Made by a program: the position numbers and the translations under genes
Origin: a virus
IMG/VR virus record: IMGVR_UViG_3300045974_000067
Location: 5,714-69,713 of that record
DNA: 64,000 bases
Strand: one strand, 5' to 3'
Shown here: positions 19,094-29,900 of the stretch, piece by piece
Position numbering within the stretch: the first letter of the stretch is position 1
Layout: each line of letters opens with the position of its first letter
Notes under the pieces: model-generated
The model's input: the letters and a program-made list of their open reading frames with translations, nothing else
What the model was told of the DNA's origin: nothing
Databases searched by the model: none

Positions 19094-19687
19094 TTAGACG
19101 TCTGGAACATCCTCTGTTGGGCTATACATAATCTTTACTAGACCACGTACAGGTTTCCAGGTTTTTCTGAAGATGCCACCAGTAGGTTCTGTAATACGTA
19201 ATTCAAAGAAACCATAAACTGCTGTGGTAGCTGTTGGTAGAACACTCCATACAGGAGATATAGACAATGCTGCTGGAAACTGTACATATACAACATTAGG
19301 GATATAAATTTCCCAATTAGGATCTAGATTAGGAGTAGTACTGCTAATATAAGAAGTTTGATTACCTAACTTATAATAAACATTACTATATCGAATTACA
19401 TCTTCTCTATCATAAGAATTAGTAGCTACCCAAATATTACGATAATTAGGTACTCTAACATTTAAGGTTACTTGATCACCACTTGGCTTAGCAATAGAAG
19501 GTATTTCACCAGCTACATTTAATCCTTCTACAACTACAGCTTCATATGTATAACCAGCACCTACATTCTCTATGAAAGATAATGTAATTGGGAACTCTAA
19601 TTGTTCACCTCTAACCATGCTCCATAGTACACTTCCACCATCACTTTGTAAATCAACTGTAGGGCTAGTTATATCTGATCTCGCCAT
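19094..19687 (-). CDS. Virion structural protein with small carbohydrate-binding-like insert
   Basis: WVATNSYDREDVIRYSNVYY CBM5/12-like motif; tail context. Confidence 0.65.
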   Translation of the reverse strand: MARSDITSPTVDLQSDGGSVLWSMVRGEQLEFPITLSFIENVGAGYTYEAVVVEGLNVAGEIPSIAKPSGDQVTLNVRVPNYRNIWVATNSYDREDVIRYSNVYYKLGNQTSYISSTTPNLDPNWEIYIPNVVYVQFPAALSISPVWSVLPTATTAVYGFFELRITEPTGGIFRKTWKPVRGLVKIMYSPTEDVPDV

Positions 19688-19823
19688 AATTGATACCTTT
19701 ATTCTAGATTAATGTATACACTAATACTTATCTTACTTAATATTCTTATCTATACTTACTTAATAACATACACAACTAAGGGACAGCTAACGGCTCCCCT
19801 TATAATAACTCAGGGGAGCCAGC

Positions 19824-19849
19824 CTTATCATTAATTTAACGGTCTTGAG
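19824..19849 (-). promoter_or_regulatory. Putative phage RNAP promoter, class A
   Basis: CTTATCATTAATTTAACGGTCTTGAG, 25/26 identical to 48752-48777; followed by hairpin GGCUCCCCU/AGGGGAGCC. Confidence 0.8.
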
Positions 19850-19860
19850 TACAGCCAATG

Positions 19861-20046
19861 CTATGTAAGTGTTAGTGACTTGATTTGGTTTATACTAATC
19901 ATATTTAGAATGCCAGTATTTGTAATTGCTATTAAAAGACCTTCGTCAAGAATTACACTAGGAACATCTTGGATAGATAGTTGAGTATCATTTACTAAAA
20001 TGACTTCTAATGTACTATTAAGATTACTAGAGCGATATGTGTTCAT
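19861..20046 (-). CDS. Small hypothetical tail-region protein
   Basis: ATGA overlap with tail tip gene stop. Confidence 0.5.
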   Translation of the reverse strand: MNTYRSSNLNSTLEVILVNDTQLSIQDVPSVILDEGLLIAITNTGILNMISINQIKSLTLT

Positions 20047-23000
20047 AATACTGCCATCCAATTTAATGTACCGGTTGCAAGAACTTGCGCTGTTGATAAA
20101 GTAAAGCCGAAATTATTAATATAACTATTATTAGTAGGTGTTGTAGTATTTACAACTGGTACTCTGCGTTTAATAACTACAGATCCACTCTTAAGTCTAG
20201 AAACTAATGAAGCACCTAATGAAAGATTTGGTGTACTATTTACGGAAATATAAAACGCATTAGTGATATATGTAAGACTACTGCCTATGCGACTATATGT
20301 GTAAGTTGAGTAATTAGTACTACTAGGACCAGGATGGTATAATGTTGCACCATTTTGGTTAGTGGCACTAATATGGTCGACTGTTAGAGTTCCATTTAAA
20401 GGCGCATAGATATAGGCATCCCATGTACCTACTCCTGGCGTATAACAATCTATTTCCCATTGCATCGTGTAGTCCATCTGGTAGATCTCGCCTGTACCAG
20501 TGGCGGCACCTAAAGCATAATAAGCACTTGTAGTAGATGGGTTAGCAGCATTACATGTATATGTAAGTGGAGTAGGAGCAGTAACAGTAGTTTGACTATA
20601 AGTATAAGAAATAGCCCCGAATAATGCAGTGCTAGTATCATAAGCTTGGGTATAAATACGCCAAGACCATGTCCCTGCAGATGGGAATGTAAAAGTGTAC
20701 GAATCAGTGACTGTAGAAGTTGTATCACCAGGCATGTTAAGAGTACGTAGTGTATCTAGTACCCAAGAACTACCATTCCAGTACTCTACACGCCATTGGA
20801 CTGTTCTATACAGGTATTGACTAGCACCATTACCTCTTTGGCTCTTTACACTTACAGATGGAGTAATATTAGCACAGTTAGCTGCAGTAGTATAAGTAGC
20901 AGATGTCCAATTAGCAGCAGAAGTATCACCTGAACCAGTATTAATTGCAGTACTGCCTGTTGCAGCAGCAAGATTTAGTGTAGCTGTTGGTGTAAATTGC
21001 CACTGCATAGTTCCAGTGCCAGTTTCAGTAATAGCATTAGGTGTACAATTAATTGTTTGATTTTGAGCAGCGTAAGCAACAGAATATAATTGTAATGAAT
21101 TTGGACTAACAATAACTTTAGGTTGAGTCTTCCAATACCCAGGTAAAACTACATTAGTTGCATTAGTGCATACGCCAGTTTCAATACGTGATAAAGTAGA
21201 GTATTGAACAGCGTATCCTAATGAGCCTACATATTTATATAAAGAAACTTGTCCAGAGTCTATCCTGGCATAATCATTAACATGTGATCCAGCTACTGAA
21301 TAAGATTCTATCCAGCCATCTGAATGCATTGCTACTAAAGAACCTACATTAATTTGTACACCAGCTTGCAATGTGCCTGTTAATATTTTATCGGCTGTTA
21401 GATTACCAATCATTGCATTGGCAATAGCGCCATTTTGTATAGCAGCTGTACCTACAGCAATACTATTAGCTGATAGATGATTAGCATTAATAGCATCAGC
21501 GGCAATTTCAGTAGCAGTTATAGCATTAGCAGCGATATTTGCAGTAGTAATAGTATCAGCAGCTATTTCAGTCGTAGTAATAGTTCCGGCAAATATTTGA
21601 GTAGCAGTGATAGTATTTGCAGCAATCTTGGCAGCAGTAATAGCATTAGCAACTATTTTACCAGTACTAATTGAATTATCTGCAATCTCAGTAGTTGTAA
21701 CTGCATCTGCAGCAATAAGAGCAGTAGTAATAGAATCTAAAGCTATCTTAGCAGTAGTAACAGCATTAGCAGCTAGAGTAGTTGTAGTAACATTTCCTGC
21801 AAGTATCTTAGCTGTAGTTACAGAACCATCTGCTAAATTACCAGCCTCAATAATTAACGGATTAAGGTCGCTATTACCAATCTTACCAGTAGTAGCATCA
21901 GCACCATTAGTACCACCATAAGGCGTAGTAGAAATAACATTATCGACAGAATGATTCTTAAACCAAAGCTTAAGTGCCCTACCTAAAGATGAAGCAATAG
22001 TCGTACTTGTACCTTTAAATCTTTGTATTTCAACTGCATCACTAAATATAGGTGTTGCGCCTACTGCACCATAAACAATTGTGTCTTGATGACCATGTCC
22101 TTCAGTATATGCTTGATCACCAGTAGTATTAATAAATACAGTGCTTAGACCAGTTATAATAGTGATATTTGAAGGTGTAGGCGGTGGAGTAACATCTCGT
22201 ACATATGCTTGCTTAACAGCATACACATTTACTCTAAGATCATATGATACAAATTTATACTCCACATGTAATACAAAGTAACCTATGTCACCTGTCAATG
22301 CAGTAACAATATAATTACCTTTAGTACTACCAGTCGTTGTAACTAAAGAAACAGTACAACTATCTTGTGCACCTATACTATATGCCACACTTGCATCTCT
22401 AGACTTATCTTGAGTACCATCTATGACATTAATATTACCAGCTGTATTACTAAAGCCATAATTATAGCCTGTGTAGTCCTGCAGTACACCTACATTATCT
22501 ACTGAAAGACTAACACTAATAGGCGCTGGCCTTATTAAAGAAGGTGTCTCCCAAGTAAACCCTGTTACTATATCGTCTCCTGTATCGCTAGAGGCAATAG
22601 TTCGGCTCGCATAGAGGTCGTCTATACCACTCGGCACCGTGGCTGACCATCCAGTCGGGACAACCGTCAAGGCACTCACAGGGAAACTATACGTACCACC
22701 TGTGGGCGTTCCTGGGGCAGAAGTCCCTCTGTAGTAAACACTCAAGGCTTGGAAAAATTTTGGCCCAAAAGATATAGGATCAATTGCTGTAGAAATCAGT
22801 GGCCAATTGTCTCTATTAGCAATAGCTTTGTTAGAGCTAGCAACAATAGCAAATACATATGGCCCTGTAGTTTTAAGAGCAGGTACTTCAAATGTATTGC
22901 CTGAAGTAGTGCCAATATCAACCCATACAGTTGCATCGTCAATAGATGCAACAGGCGTCGTAGTATACTTAATAATATAATTATTTACTCTGATATCATC

Positions 23001-25130
23001 TGCTTTATTCCAAGTTAATGTACCTACAGATGTTGCTACTTCTTTAGTTCCTGCAAAAGTAATTGAAGCAGCCTGATCAAGACTTATAGTAGAAACTGAG
23101 TGAGGAACAACTATTTCTGTATCTTTAGCATTCCATGCAAGAATACTAGCATCAAACGCATTAGTAGTAAGTTCTATTTCTCCATTATCGCCAGGTTTAA
23201 CTTCAGTAACACGCATAAGAATACTTGGTATTCCTAATATTTCGCTGTTAACTGAGACATAATCACCTGGCTCTAAGTCAAAGAATTCATTAGTAACTTT
23301 AAAGTTATAAACAGTATTATACCTGGAACCTCGAACTCTTTGTTCAGCTTTAGCAAGTGCATGATAATAATCAGAAATTCCAGTTTCAAAGAATTCTGAT
23401 TCTAGTAATACTCCGCTATCTTCTGTTAAATAAGTTTGATAAACAGTATCATTAGAGTAGAAAACCCAACGAGTGTTAACAGCAGGATCCTCATAACCAA
23501 TATGTAACCAAGTAGCGGTATCAGTAGGTACATTAGTATTAGATGCAATTTTACTTTTATAGACATTACCACCTTGAATTACTACATCTCCTAAATTATA
23601 AGGAACAGTACCGCCTGCAGTATTCCAAGTTGGATATTGTTGTCTAAGAATATAATTTAAACCATTATAAACAACTGTGTCATTTACTGCATAGAAATTA
23701 CTACTACTAAAAGCACCTCTATTATTACCTGTAGTAATTGCAGTAGTCTTAGGCGGCCAACTTACAGAGTCTTCAGCGAATTCTTTAGCTTCATTAAGAA
23801 ATCTAATAGTTACAAAATTAAAGCGTGCTTGAGCGTTAGGCCAGGCTGTAGCATTGTTATTACCTCTAACAATATGTTCATCACCAATTGTTCTAACCAT
23901 CAATGACCAGCTAGAACTTGTAGGCAATGAAGTGTTGCTACTAATTAAACTTTTATAAATATTAATATTATAGCCATCATCATATTGAACTTCTTGCCCT
24001 ATAGCATATGAATGACCACTTTGGTAAAGGACAGGATAAGATAAGCAAAGTTTATATTTACCAGCTGACCATAAAAGTTCAGCGTTATGCATTGTATCTA
24101 AAATAAGTTCAATATTATCTCTAATTGTCTTAGCAGTATCAATAGTGATATTACATTCAAATAATTTAAGGTCTCTTTGTGCTGTGTTAGAAGTCCAAAC
24201 ATAACCATCTTTAGAGATATTGGTCATCACAACCATATCACAAATTACTGAAGCGTCATAAAAAGAATCTAAGTCTATCTGAGCAGTTGATAAACTTTTC
24301 CCATATGATGTATTAGTTAAATAGTCTAATAAGCATAAAGCAGGATTGTTTGAATAAGTTATCGTAGTAGATAATGTCCTAGATCCAGTAGAGCCAGTAA
24401 TAGAGTGTACTTTAGCACCAGTTACAAAGAATTTAACATTAGGTACTCCATGGTATTGTGGCTCATCTCTATTTAATTTAAATACACAAGTAGAATATGG
24501 GGTATTTGTAAATACTGCATTTGCGCGAGTACTATCATTAGCTACGATAAGAGGGTCAACTACACCACCTTCTGGAAATATATTAATCTTTAAACCATAA
24601 TTAAAATCTTTATCTGTATGTAATCTATCATCAATTGTTACATTAAAACATCCAGAAATATTTCCAGTGCAAAGTGCTTGTTGTACAAATAAAAATTGAT
24701 GCTTTTCTCCTGACTGAGTGTAAGTCATTGGTCCGCCTAAAAGAGACCAAAGGATTCTGATGCTAAGCCAGCCACCAGCCATAGCATCAATATTACTATT
24801 AGCAGGGATACCAGTGCCTGAATTATAAGTTACAGTACTATAGCCTGCCGGCGGTGCAGCATAATAATAGTTATTAGTAGTTAAGTGGTATACCCTAGTC
24901 CCAGCAATACAATTACGGCCATACAAAACAGCTAATGTTTTAGACTCGCCTTCTGTGGAAATTTGAAAACCTTTAGCAGCATCAGCACGAGCGGCAGCTT
25001 CTTCCTGCGCCTTTTTAAGTTTATCAGCTTGCCTTTGTTGCATTACTGTACTAATGATAAACATTGCAGCTGTTGCCCAACTTATTACGCCTACTGCCGC
25101 ACCTATTACAGCACATACTACAGCTGACAT
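20043..25130 (-). CDS. Tail tip / host-specificity (central fibre, GpJ-like) protein
   Basis: VLYGR, YSNNPALCLLDYL...YG, IDLDSF..A...CD, LEPGD motifs; FN3-like region; (I/V)TTAKI pentapeptide repeats; CBM-like inserts. Confidence 0.88.
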   Translation of the reverse strand: MSAVVCAVIGAAVGVISWATAAMFIISTVMQQRQADKLKKAQEEAAARADAAKGFQISTEGESKTLAVLYGRNCIAGTRVYHLTTNNYYYAAPPAGYSTVTYNSGTGIPANSNIDAMAGGWLSIRILWSLLGGPMTYTQSGEKHQFLFVQQALCTGNISGCFNVTIDDRLHTDKDFNYGLKINIFPEGGVVDPLIVANDSTRANAVFTNTPYSTCVFKLNRDEPQYHGVPNVKFFVTGAKVHSITGSTGSRTLSTTITYSNNPALCLLDYLTNTSYGKSLSTAQIDLDSFYDASVICDMVVMTNISKDGYVWTSNTAQRDLKLFECNITIDTAKTIRDNIELILDTMHNAELLWSAGKYKLCLSYPVLYQSGHSYAIGQEVQYDDGYNINIYKSLISSNTSLPTSSSWSLMVRTIGDEHIVRGNNNATAWPNAQARFNFVTIRFLNEAKEFAEDSVSWPPKTTAITTGNNRGAFSSSNFYAVNDTVVYNGLNYILRQQYPTWNTAGGTVPYNLGDVVIQGGNVYKSKIASNTNVPTDTATWLHIGYEDPAVNTRWVFYSNDTVYQTYLTEDSGVLLESEFFETGISDYYHALAKAEQRVRGSRYNTVYNFKVTNEFFDLEPGDYVSVNSEILGIPSILMRVTEVKPGDNGEIELTTNAFDASILAWNAKDTEIVVPHSVSTISLDQAASITFAGTKEVATSVGTLTWNKADDIRVNNYIIKYTTTPVASIDDATVWVDIGTTSGNTFEVPALKTTGPYVFAIVASSNKAIANRDNWPLISTAIDPISFGPKFFQALSVYYRGTSAPGTPTGGTYSFPVSALTVVPTGWSATVPSGIDDLYASRTIASSDTGDDIVTGFTWETPSLIRPAPISVSLSVDNVGVLQDYTGYNYGFSNTAGNINVIDGTQDKSRDASVAYSIGAQDSCTVSLVTTTGSTKGNYIVTALTGDIGYFVLHVEYKFVSYDLRVNVYAVKQAYVRDVTPPPTPSNITIITGLSTVFINTTGDQAYTEGHGHQDTIVYGAVGATPIFSDAVEIQRFKGTSTTIASSLGRALKLWFKNHSVDNVISTTPYGGTNGADATTGKIGNSDLNPLIIEAGNLADGSVTTAKILAGNVTTTTLAANAVTTAKIALDSITTALIAADAVTTTEIADNSISTGKIVANAITAAKIAANTITATQIFAGTITTTEIAADTITTANIAANAITATEIAADAINANHLSANSIAVGTAAIQNGAIANAMIGNLTADKILTGTLQAGVQINVGSLVAMHSDGWIESYSVAGSHVNDYARIDSGQVSLYKYVGSLGYAVQYSTLSRIETGVCTNATNVVLPGYWKTQPKVIVSPNSLQLYSVAYAAQNQTINCTPNAITETGTGTMQWQFTPTATLNLAAATGSTAINTGSGDTSAANWTSATYTTAANCANITPSVSVKSQRGNGASQYLYRTVQWRVEYWNGSSWVLDTLRTLNMPGDTTSTVTDSYTFTFPSAGTWSWRIYTQAYDTSTALFGAISYTYSQTTVTAPTPLTYTCNAANPSTTSAYYALGAATGTGEIYQMDYTMQWEIDCYTPGVGTWDAYIYAPLNGTLTVDHISATNQNGATLYHPGPSSTNYSTYTYSRIGSSLTYITNAFYISVNSTPNLSLGASLVSRLKSGSVVIKRRVPVVNTTTPTNNSYINNFGFTLSTAQVLATGTLNWMAVL

Positions 25131-25141
25131 TTTATACTCCT

Positions 25142-25744
25142 TTATGCTTTACCCCATAAGAAGTTAACTGCTTTAGCACCTACGAATACCTGATCAAAAG
25201 CGGTATCATTAGGGTTAACTTGTCGTATAGAATCTTGAGATGTAAAAATAGCCTTAGTCATGTTTAAATTAGCCATTGGAGATGAACATTCTAATGCCAT
25301 AATAACTTCATTATCTTGTGTCGTAGAATATCCATGCGAATCAACTATTCCAATATAAATTGGTATAATATCTTCAAAATCTAATAGAGGTTCTCCAGGC
25401 AGAGCACTACCTAAAATAGTATCAGTGCTATTATAAAAGCCAATATAGATTTCTATAGAAGAACCTACTAATCCATTATCAAATAAACCTCTAAAACTAA
25501 AATCAGGATCAGTATAGGATACTTTGTAAGTAGACCTGTCTACGATATTAGAAAGTTTAGGTGCTTCAACACTAATAAGGTTATTATTAGAAATAAATGT
25601 ACCTAATCCAGAAATATTAATATCAAATGGTGCAGAAGTATGGTAATAAGTAATTGAGGGAGTAATTAATTTTAATAAAAGAAATCCACCAACACCACCA
25701 CCAGATAATATAGTTTTAATATTACTACTAGTTTTTCGCATCAA
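25142..25744 (-). CDS. Minor tail (hub/baseplate) protein
   Basis: Position before tail tip; C-terminal SQ....P.DT.F....WGK pattern. Confidence 0.7.
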   Translation of the reverse strand: MMRKTSSNIKTILSGGGVGGFLLLKLITPSITYYHTSAPFDINISGLGTFISNNNLISVEAPKLSNIVDRSTYKVSYTDPDFSFRGLFDNGLVGSSIEIYIGFYNSTDTILGSALPGEPLLDFEDIIPIYIGIVDSHGYSTTQDNEVIMALECSSPMANLNMTKAIFTSQDSIRQVNPNDTAFDQVFVGAKAVNFLWGKA

Positions 25745-26252
25745 TTAATCTCCTATTCCAATTATTTTTATTACCGTAGAGATCATCTAACTTTACTGTA
25801 GTAAATTCTTCAATAACCTCTTCTATTGAAGTTTTATCAGTAGGAAAGATAGTAGTAAAAACTGTATCCTCTACTGCATAAGCTGATTTTCTATCTCCAA
25901 CTCTTGTAATCAATTGCATTGGAGCATATATTTCTTTTGCTCCATCAGGACTCCAAATAATCAATCTACCTTTAGAAATAATATTAAAAGTCTCTTTAAT
26001 ATATTCAGTGCCTGTTAGAAATGTACCTTTACTAATTTGTATTTCTCTAGCACATAAATGTCCGACAAATGTATTCTTAACCGGTATTTCAACTTCAGGC
26101 ATTCCTACAGATAATCTTTCAATTTTATCCAACAACTCCATATACTTACTTATATTATAGTTACCTTTAACTAGTTGCCTTAATGCCATTTCTAGTTCAC
26201 TAGGCCTAGTAGCCCAAGTATTAGGTTTAGTAACTGGCATTAAATAGTTCAT
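25728..26252 (-). CDS. Cupin-fold protein, metal-binding His apparently absent
   Basis: F.G.L.AREI.I.KG..LTG...IISKG...AP....G.RK..YA.EDTVFTT. Confidence 0.6.
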   Translation of the reverse strand: MNYLMPVTKPNTWATRPSELEMALRQLVKGNYNISKYMELLDKIERLSVGMPEVEIPVKNTFVGHLCAREIQISKGTFLTGTEYIKETFNIISKGRLIIWSPDGAKEIYAPMQLITRVGDRKSAYAVEDTVFTTIFPTDKTSIEEVIEEFTTVKLDDLYGNKNNWNRRLIDAKN

Positions 26253-26878
26253 TATAATGCCTCTACAAACTTTACAGAACCAGGATTAATTAGAATACCA
26301 TCTGAATACGTCATACCTAAAGCCACATCTATATCATACCTAGCAGATAACGTTACCTTATCACCATAGATAATTTGAGTACCTGCAGAAACACCTTGCC
26401 TTAATGAGGGTGAAATTTTAACACCAGCATTACCTATACCTGAGTCTATTACTAAATATACTTTGCTATGGCCTACAAAAGAAATAAACTCACCAACAGC
26501 TAAGGGCTGTATAGTATCTTCAGTAATATTAAAAGTATCTGTACCAGCTGATACTGAATTAGACATAGTAAAAATTAAACCTTTCCTAGTCTTATTACTA
26601 TCAGGTCGAAATACTTGTGGCATACGTATATAAATAACATTGGTATGACCATTCATTACGCTGTGCACTAAGTAGTTAACAGAATCATTTGTTGGTACTA
26701 TATTAGCCTGTAACTCCCATCGTTGTACATTCTGAGAATGTGCTTTACGACGAAGACTCATAGTATCACTAATATACGCTGGCTGATTACTAACTAAGCT
26801 TAATGGAGTAGAAAATACGCATGCTAATTCTGAATCTAATCCTGTATTGTAATTACTTTTTAAAATACCATATCTCAT
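26252..26878 (-). CDS. Distal tail protein-like
   Basis: Directly after tape measure; QRWEL, GEFI.F.GHSKVY, ends F.EAL. Confidence 0.7.
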   Translation of the reverse strand: MRYGILKSNYNTGLDSELACVFSTPLSLVSNQPAYISDTMSLRRKAHSQNVQRWELQANIVPTNDSVNYLVHSVMNGHTNVIYIRMPQVFRPDSNKTRKGLIFTMSNSVSAGTDTFNITEDTIQPLAVGEFISFVGHSKVYLVIDSGIGNAGVKISPSLRQGVSAGTQIIYGDKVTLSARYDIDVALGMTYSDGILINPGSVKFVEAL

Positions 26879-26928
26879 TATAAACTCCTAAAGAAGGATT
26901 AATGGCCGTATTTCTACGGCCATCTTTC

Positions 26929-29900
26929 CTATCGCCTATTACCTCTCTCGTAATTATGTGTATTGACTCCACCTGCAATTTCAGGTATCATCTTCTGGAT
27001 CTCACTACGAGTTTGTCTACTAACATCACCTGTAATATTAATATTAAAAGTAGATTGAGTTTGTGTTTTCTTAGCTGTAGGGATAGCTTTCAATGTATTT
27101 AAGGAAGGTGTCATAGGAGAGTAGTTTCCAACAATGCCACCATCAGCAAACTTAGGCATTGCTCCTGAATTAATACTATGAAGTAACTTGCCATATTTCT
27201 TGGTAGAATCTGCATTAACTACAAATTCACCATTGGAAAGTGCCGCCATAATACTATCAGAAGTACCTGTGCCTGGGCCATTCACTAGCCCACCACTAGC
27301 AAAACCAAGCCATGATGTAAAACTACTCCAACCAGAACTTATAGAATTGCCAATTCCTCCAAGACTAATTCCTCCAGTGCCACCAGAACCTCCAGAGAAT
27401 AGTCCTGTTAGACCTTTCCAGGCTGAACTTAATACATCACCTAAATTACTCCAGCCTTTAGAAAGTACGTCTGATAGACTAGTTTTAGCACTAGTATCCA
27501 TTGCATCACCAACAGATTTAGCACCAGTTGCAGAGCCATCTTCAATACCTTGCTTAATAGAAGTAGCAATATCTACACCATTCCCATTGTCAGAATATAA
27601 AGGATTATCAGTAGTAAGTTTGTTTTGGAATGGAGCAGTAACTTTAGCACCAATGCCTGTACCTACTTTTTCAAATCCACCAAAAGCACTTGACATATAT
27701 TTTTGAAGATCTTTATCCCAGCCTGTTTGTGTCATTAGACCATTTACAAATCCTGTAATAGCATTATCAAGAAAAGTAGACGTAAATTTATTAAACATAT
27801 CTTTAATAACATTGCCAGTAGTTGTCGTTCCAGTTATAATTCCTCTAATTCCAGAGATCATATCTGTCTTAACACTCTTTGCAAAATCAGTACCAGCTTG
27901 CATAGCTTCAGCAGATAGTGCTGGTTCAGACAATGCAGCAAACGCTTCCTTAGCAGCAAAGTTAATATTCTTAACAAAGGTACCCAAGTGCGTTTTAGCT
28001 TCAACTACCGTACTATCTAAAATACGTTGCGCTAATGCACCTTCTGCTGTGGTATTCTTAGCCTTATCAATGTCATCTAAAAATTTAAGAGTCTGTTGTA
28101 AATCCTCTGCCTTAATGTTTTTAAAGACGTCCATTGCTATTGTTTCTGCATTAGCGCCTTTAAGTGCATTATTTAATATTGACAAGGCTTCGGCATCTGT
28201 CTTAGCTTTAGAGACTCTATCAGTGAAAGGAGTAGTAGACGCTATTTGTGGTATTTCCGGCATTTTAAAAGAAGAAGTTGCAGCAATCTTTTCTGGTGTG
28301 AGTCTCTCGGCAATAGCCTTCATTACTTTATCTATAGCTACTTCATTTTCACCAGAGCCAGGTATAATCTTTGCCTTAGCTAAAGCAATAGGGTCTTTAG
28401 CAGCACGTAATGTATCAATATACTCAGCCATTGCAATAAGTTCTTCTTTAGACATTTTATTAAGTAAGTCTAAATTTTCAGTTATACCATTCTTCTTTAA
28501 CTCATCTGCAAGATAATTAGCAGTAGCATCTACAGTCATTACACTTGTACGTATTTGTTTAGCTAGTGTTCCATCCTTATCTACAGTAATTCCAAACATA
28601 GTCTTTAATTTCTCTAACCATGGAGAAACTAATGTAGTTATTTGTTCAAATGCTGTTGTGAATGTTCCAGTTACGTCATCTGTAGCAGCTTTTACTTCTG
28701 GAACATTAAACACTTCTTTGAATTTAGGAACATTTTTAGCTACATAATTTTTAGTTTCATCTGGGAGACTAGCAACATTTAATACACCTTTCTTTAATAC
28801 GTCAAAAGAAGGAATATGCGGATTAGCTTTCTTTAATAATTTGTCTAGGTTACCTTCACCCCAATTATAGGCTGCAGCAACTTTATCATAAGCTTCGGAA
28901 CCATACTTATCGAATAAATGTTTAAGATGTTCTATAGAGACTTTAATATTAGTATATGGATTAAATCTTTCATCTAAGAAATCGGCAGGTTTAGGACCAA
29001 CTGCTTCAATTGCCTTAGCTAGATCTTTAGTTCTTCCACCAAGTTCATTGTACAAGGTTACTACTTTTTCTTCCCAGACTTTTGCTGAATCAGAGATTTT
29101 AAGTTTTGCATCAGAAGCTACACCTAAGCCTAACTGCCCTACACCAATATTCCCAGTACGACTTATAGCTTCAGGATTAAAGCCTGATTCAGAATGTAGT
29201 AATTGTGATACAAAATCTGGATTAAGTTTATTCTTAGTAGCAATATCTCTAGCTGTTGCAATATAATTAGCAGTATTCGGAGATGCAGCATGGGCAGAGC
29301 CGATAGGGTTCATATTAGCAAAACTACTATTATACGCTTTTCCAAAGAACTCTTTAATAGCGCCTGCTGTATCTTTAGTCCAACCTTTAATTGTTTCTAA
29401 GATATGTTTTCCATTAGTATCAGATAACTCGTAAAGTTGTGCATCTATAACATCTCTTTGGGCTTTCAACTCGTCTATTCTATCACCATATGCTTGAGCT
29501 TGCGTTCCAGTAGCTGTTAAAGACTTAAACATTAATTTGTCTATTTGAGACTGAACATTACTTCTTTCTTCTTGTTTAGCTTCTATCTTTGGACTAGGTC
29601 TAATTCCAAGCAAGTCCTGTATCCAGATTTTACCTAGATGACTCCATTTTTCAAGCTGTGGAGAAAACCAATCCCAGTTCTTCCAAAGTGTATAGCCTGT
29701 CACAATAGCTGCACTAATACCTATAATAGCTAAACCAATAGGATTAGTAAAAGCAAACAATATCATAGAACTAATAGCTGCACCAACAGAGCTTCCAAGA
29801 AGTTGGCCTAACAAGGAAGAACCCATTACAACACCTATCTGTGCCCAACCTGGATAACCAACCATATCTTCTGCTATCTTAGATCCAATGTTAAAACCAC

